NCBI GenBank assembly: GCA_054600435.1
Contig: BAAIJX010000055.1
Location: forward strand, 124,001-160,564
Source: Neophaeotheca triangularis
Taxonomy: Eukaryota
Length of the DNA: 36,564 nucleotides
Direction: 5' to 3'
In this document: in pieces, positions 33,192 through 36,564 of the stretch
Layout: each line of letters opens with the position of its first letter
Position numbering within the stretch: the first letter of the stretch is position 1
Translations under genes and position numbers: made by a program
Notes under the pieces: generated by a model
The model's input: the letters and a program-made list of their open reading frames with translations, nothing else
What the model was told of the DNA's origin: nothing
Databases searched by the model: none

Positions 33192-34637
33192 CTATTGCGA
33201 AGCTACCGGCTCGAGCTTCGCAGGCGGAACACCAAGACCGTTCTGGTTGCGGAAGAAGAACACGTTGGCGGCGTCGCCCTCGGCGCCGGCGTTGGGCTCG
33301 ACCCATTGGCACCATCTGGCGCTGTTCCACATGCTACGGATGAAGCCCAGGCTGCCACCTTCGGTATTGGACCTGTAGTGCTGGCCCATGATCGGCTTGA
33401 TGGCTTCGGTGGCCTCATCGGCGTGGTAAAAGGGAATGGTGGAGATGTAGTGGTGCAGGACGTGCGTCTCGATGATGCCGTGCAAGAGCGTGCGGCCGAT
33501 GAAACCAAATTCGCGGTCAATGGTTGCTGCGGCTCCACGGGCAAAGTTCCAAGTGCTGCCAGTGTAGTGAGGGAGCGAAGGGTCGGTGTGCTGGAGGTAG
33601 GTGATGGCGACCAGCCAGTGGTTGACCCAGAGGTACGGGAGAATGTACCAAACGAGGAGATTCTGGAAACCGTAGTTGCGGCCGACGAGGAACAGAACAG
33701 AGGCGGTGATGAAGATACCGAGATCGGAGAGCAGGATCAGGTGCTCGTCCTTCTTCTCGTAGAGCGGAGACTTGGGGTTGAAGTGGTTGACACTGCCGTC
33801 ACCGTTCTTCCTGCCCACACCCTTGCCCTCGGTCTGCTTCTCGTGGTTGTTGTGGCCGGTAACGTTCTTGAGCAGGTACAAAGGCCAGCCCGCGAGCTGC
33901 TGACCAAACAAGTTGAGCGCAGTAGCGATGGGCGTCTCCTCGGCTAGTTCGTGCAACTCGTGCATAGCGCGGCCGAGCATGCTGGCGTGTTCCTCGCGGG
34001 TGCGGGGTACGAAGACCATGTCGCGCTCCATGTTACCCGTGGCCTTGTGGTGCTTGCCGTGGCTGATCTTCCAGCTAAAGTAGGGGACGAGGAGAGCGGA
34101 GTGGCAGATCCAACCAACGGTGTCGTTGAGCGTCTTGCTGGGCGAGAAGGACTGATGGCCGCACTCGTGGGCGAGAACCCAAAGGCCGGTGCCAGAGAGA
34201 CCCTGGATGAAGGTGTAGCCAGCCCAAAGGGCGGCGCGCAGACCGTAGGAGGGGACGTATTCGGGGGTGCAGTAGGTGTTGAACAGGTAGAAGACAGCGG
34301 CGAGCTGGACAACATCGCGAGCGACGTAAGCAAGACCGCGGGCTCCAGATCGCTCAAAGCAATGCTTCGGTATGGCGTCTCTAATGTCCTTGATTGTGTA
34401 GTCGGGGAGCTTGAATTCATTGCCATACGTGTCCCTCAGCGGCTGAGATTGCTTCTTGGAGTTTTGCTGGAAATCCTCGACTGAGCCCAGCGAAGACAGA
34501 GAGGTGGAAGAGGCCGAGGCGACTGGCGACTCGGAGGGAGAGGCGGCTGCTGAGCTAGGTGTGGTCGAAGGAACAGAGTCGACGGTGACGGTGCGCTTCA
34601 TGGCCGCCTGTTGCGGCGGCAGAGCTGTGGTGCTCAT
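33192..34637 (-). CDS. FAD2: Delta-12 (oleate) fatty acid desaturase, OdeA/FAD2-type, 481 aa, intronless
   Basis: PDYTIKDIRDAIPKHCFERS, His boxes WVLAHECGH, SWKISHGKHHK and ETHVLHH, plus WLVAITYLQHTDP and IPFYHADEATEAIKP. Delta-12 versus bifunctional delta-12/15 activity cannot be settled from sequence. Confidence 0.93.
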   Translation of the reverse strand: MSTTALPPQQAAMKRTVTVDSVPSTTPSSAAASPSESPVASASSTSLSSLGSVEDFQQNSKKQSQPLRDTYGNEFKLPDYTIKDIRDAIPKHCFERSGARGLAYVARDVVQLAAVFYLFNTYCTPEYVPSYGLRAALWAGYTFIQGLSGTGLWVLAHECGHQSFSPSKTLNDTVGWICHSALLVPYFSWKISHGKHHKATGNMERDMVFVPRTREEHASMLGRAMHELHELAEETPIATALNLFGQQLAGWPLYLLKNVTGHNNHEKQTEGKGVGRKNGDGSVNHFNPKSPLYEKKDEHLILLSDLGIFITASVLFLVGRNYGFQNLLVWYILPYLWVNHWLVAITYLQHTDPSLPHYTGSTWNFARGAAATIDREFGFIGRTLLHGIIETHVLHHYISTIPFYHADEATEAIKPIMGQHYRSNTEGGSLGFIRSMWNSARWCQWVEPNAGAEGDAANVFFFRNQNGLGVPPAKLEPVASQ

Positions 34638-35460
34638 CTTGTCGGTTGTTGTATGTCAAGGGATAGGCCAATGGCTATTGCGTTGTCTTGCTAAGGCAGT
34701 GTCGGGTCACTCGAGCGTGACAAGCAGTTGTTCTACTCGATCGAGTCGTGTTGTCGTTGCGAAAATGTCGTTGAGCTGCAGTACAGTGAATGTCTTGGCG
34801 TTGGGACGAGGATTGTTGTGTTGAGCAGGGAAGGAGGTTTGATGAGTTGGATGCTTGCAAGTGGAGGGAGTGCAGAACGAAAGTATACAAGGTACAAGAG
34901 TGTACGCGCACGCGGGCGAATGGCAGGTTTTAAAGGAAAGAGTCTGGTGGGTGGAAGTAGTAGTAATTGGAATGGTGGTGGGAGAGTGGGAGAGTGGGAG
35001 ACTTGATGAGAGTGGGAGGCAAAGGGTCAGTAGTAACTTAGTACTAGTCAATCATTATTCATTGAACAGGCGGCGTCGGGTAACTAGACTACTCACTACT
35101 CACTACTGTAGGTAGACTAGTTAGCAGCAGCAGCAAAAAATGAGGGTTAGCGGCTCGCGTCTCCTCTAGTAGACTTCGGTAGCCAGGGTCGACTTTGATC
35201 GCAGCGAATCTAAACAAACTAATACCCGACTAGGTAGGTAAGTCAAGTTTATCCCTTTACCACCTCGACAACCTCTCAATCGACCATTATAATTGACTCT
35301 CCCCAGTCTCTATTTAAACTTTGCCTCGGCGTTTGTGCGGTTCAACAACAACACCTATCACTATCATCCAAACAACCACGCCACGATTGTTCCCATGTAT
35401 CGAACACCCATTATTCTTGAGAAACAGTAGCACCATCCAGGAACATGTGTAACCCCGAAC

Positions 35461-35479
35461 GATGATGATGATGATGATG
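35461..35479 (+). repeat. (GAT)6 microsatellite
   Basis: gatgatgatgatgatgatg in the non-coding region upstream of the desaturase. Confidence 0.75.
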
Positions 35480-36331
35480 AGAGATCAGCAGTCTCGCAGC
35501 CATCGCACCCACGTTCAAAGTAATAACAATAATGCGCTGAGAGATGGCATCTGCGGGCCAGCACACTACTACTTGGCCCTGATGCCCTGAACGTGTCACT
35601 ACTAGACTCTATAATACTGGGTACTTTTAACTGTCCCTGGCTAATCATGAACGGCCGACAAGCTCGCTCGCTGTGGCATGTGCGTTTCGGCCGGGAGGAG
35701 TGAGGACCCTGGGGCCTGGGCCTGGGCGTGCGACTGCGACTGGGCTGCAACTACTGACTACTGTGAGCGTTTAGAAATTATTTAGAAGCATGGATTTATT
35801 TTTTCCGTCCTCACCCGCTCTCGAACCGCTCTGCTGTCTACAGTAGGAGGTAGTCTGGACCCAGACCCGATCGCTAGCCTTTTTTCTCTTCTTCTTTAGC
35901 TTCCACCGCAAGAAGAAGCCCACACCAAAATAACAACCAACAAGCCGCGGGGTGATTCACGATTCGCGGTGGATTCTTCTTTCTTTCTTCCTTCAGGCTT
36001 CCGCGTTCGACGGTGGACGGCCCACGCGAGATTTTGGCTGTGCCGCTTCCGCCGATCTCACCCGAGCGACGACTTCACCGCCAAGGATCGGCAGTCCCTG
36101 TTCCAAGCAGTCTAGAGACGCCTGCCTCGGTGGAAAGAAAGCGCGAACTACCTAGGTACTTACTACTGTTATTAGGGTCTTGGGAAACTCGCTGACCCAA
36201 TGCCAGGGCCCAGAGGTCACGACAGCACTAACTCAATTTTTTTGCCGTAGAGTATACGTCTTTTGCCATCGAATAGAGCGACGTCGTGACCGTAGGAATG
36301 GGAAGAGCTGGAATGGCCGTTGACTCGAGCT

Positions 36332-36332
<1 letters not shown>

Positions 36333-36369
<37 letters not shown>

Positions 36370-36372
36370 CGG

Positions 36373-36420
<48 letters not shown>

Positions 36421-36441
36421 GGGGGGGGGGGGGGGGGGGGG
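36333..36441 (+). repeat. ~109-nt almost pure poly-G tract (possible sequencing or assembly artefact)
   Basis: G run interrupted only by a few C residues (36370, 36373, 36415, 36417-36418). Confidence 0.85.
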
Positions 36442-36564
36442 CCAGATCCGCAAGGCCCACGAAGCGGCGCAGCGACGGGGCCGAGCCGTACTTGCTCGCG
36501 ATGTCTGCTGTTTTTGCTGCCGGCTGCTGCATTCGCTAAGCGCCTCTCACTGACACACTCCGCA

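Noticed and set aside
36217..36553. Poly-Pro and poly-Gly ORFs (formin/WASP-like appearance)
   Set aside because: Produced entirely by the poly-G tract; the flanks do not look coding.

Overview
Gene-dense eukaryotic DNA from a filamentous ascomycete (Pezizomycotina; short GT-AG introns with CTRAC/CTAAC-type branch points; possibly a Dothideomycete, not determinable here). I find 17 protein-coding genes: a partial uncharacterised membrane protein; a divergent SDR / non-canonical class II aldolase pair; YME2; an Apc15/Mnd2-like gene; ATP2 (7 exons); GABA transaminase (UGA1/gatA); two single-barrel MetE-like Zn-thiol alkyltransferase paralogs about 15 kb apart (one with 4 introns, one intronless); eIF2D/TMA64; a small DUF202-like membrane protein; RNase H1; an orphan Cys-cluster/coiled-coil protein; VPS55; PRE5; a Q-rich disordered orphan; and a delta-12 fatty acid desaturase. 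I see no transposons, rRNA, tRNA or CRISPR. Most of the window is housekeeping. The best leads are the SDR+aldolase pair with clustered CreA-type sites (possible unassigned sugar/polyol catabolic module), the two MetE-like paralogs of unknown substrate, a possible CUG-initiated mitochondrial extension plus uORF on RNase H1, and a hidden spliced 3' exon on the Apc15-like gene. Exon boundaries were derived by hand and family calls are from recognised motifs; no searches were run.
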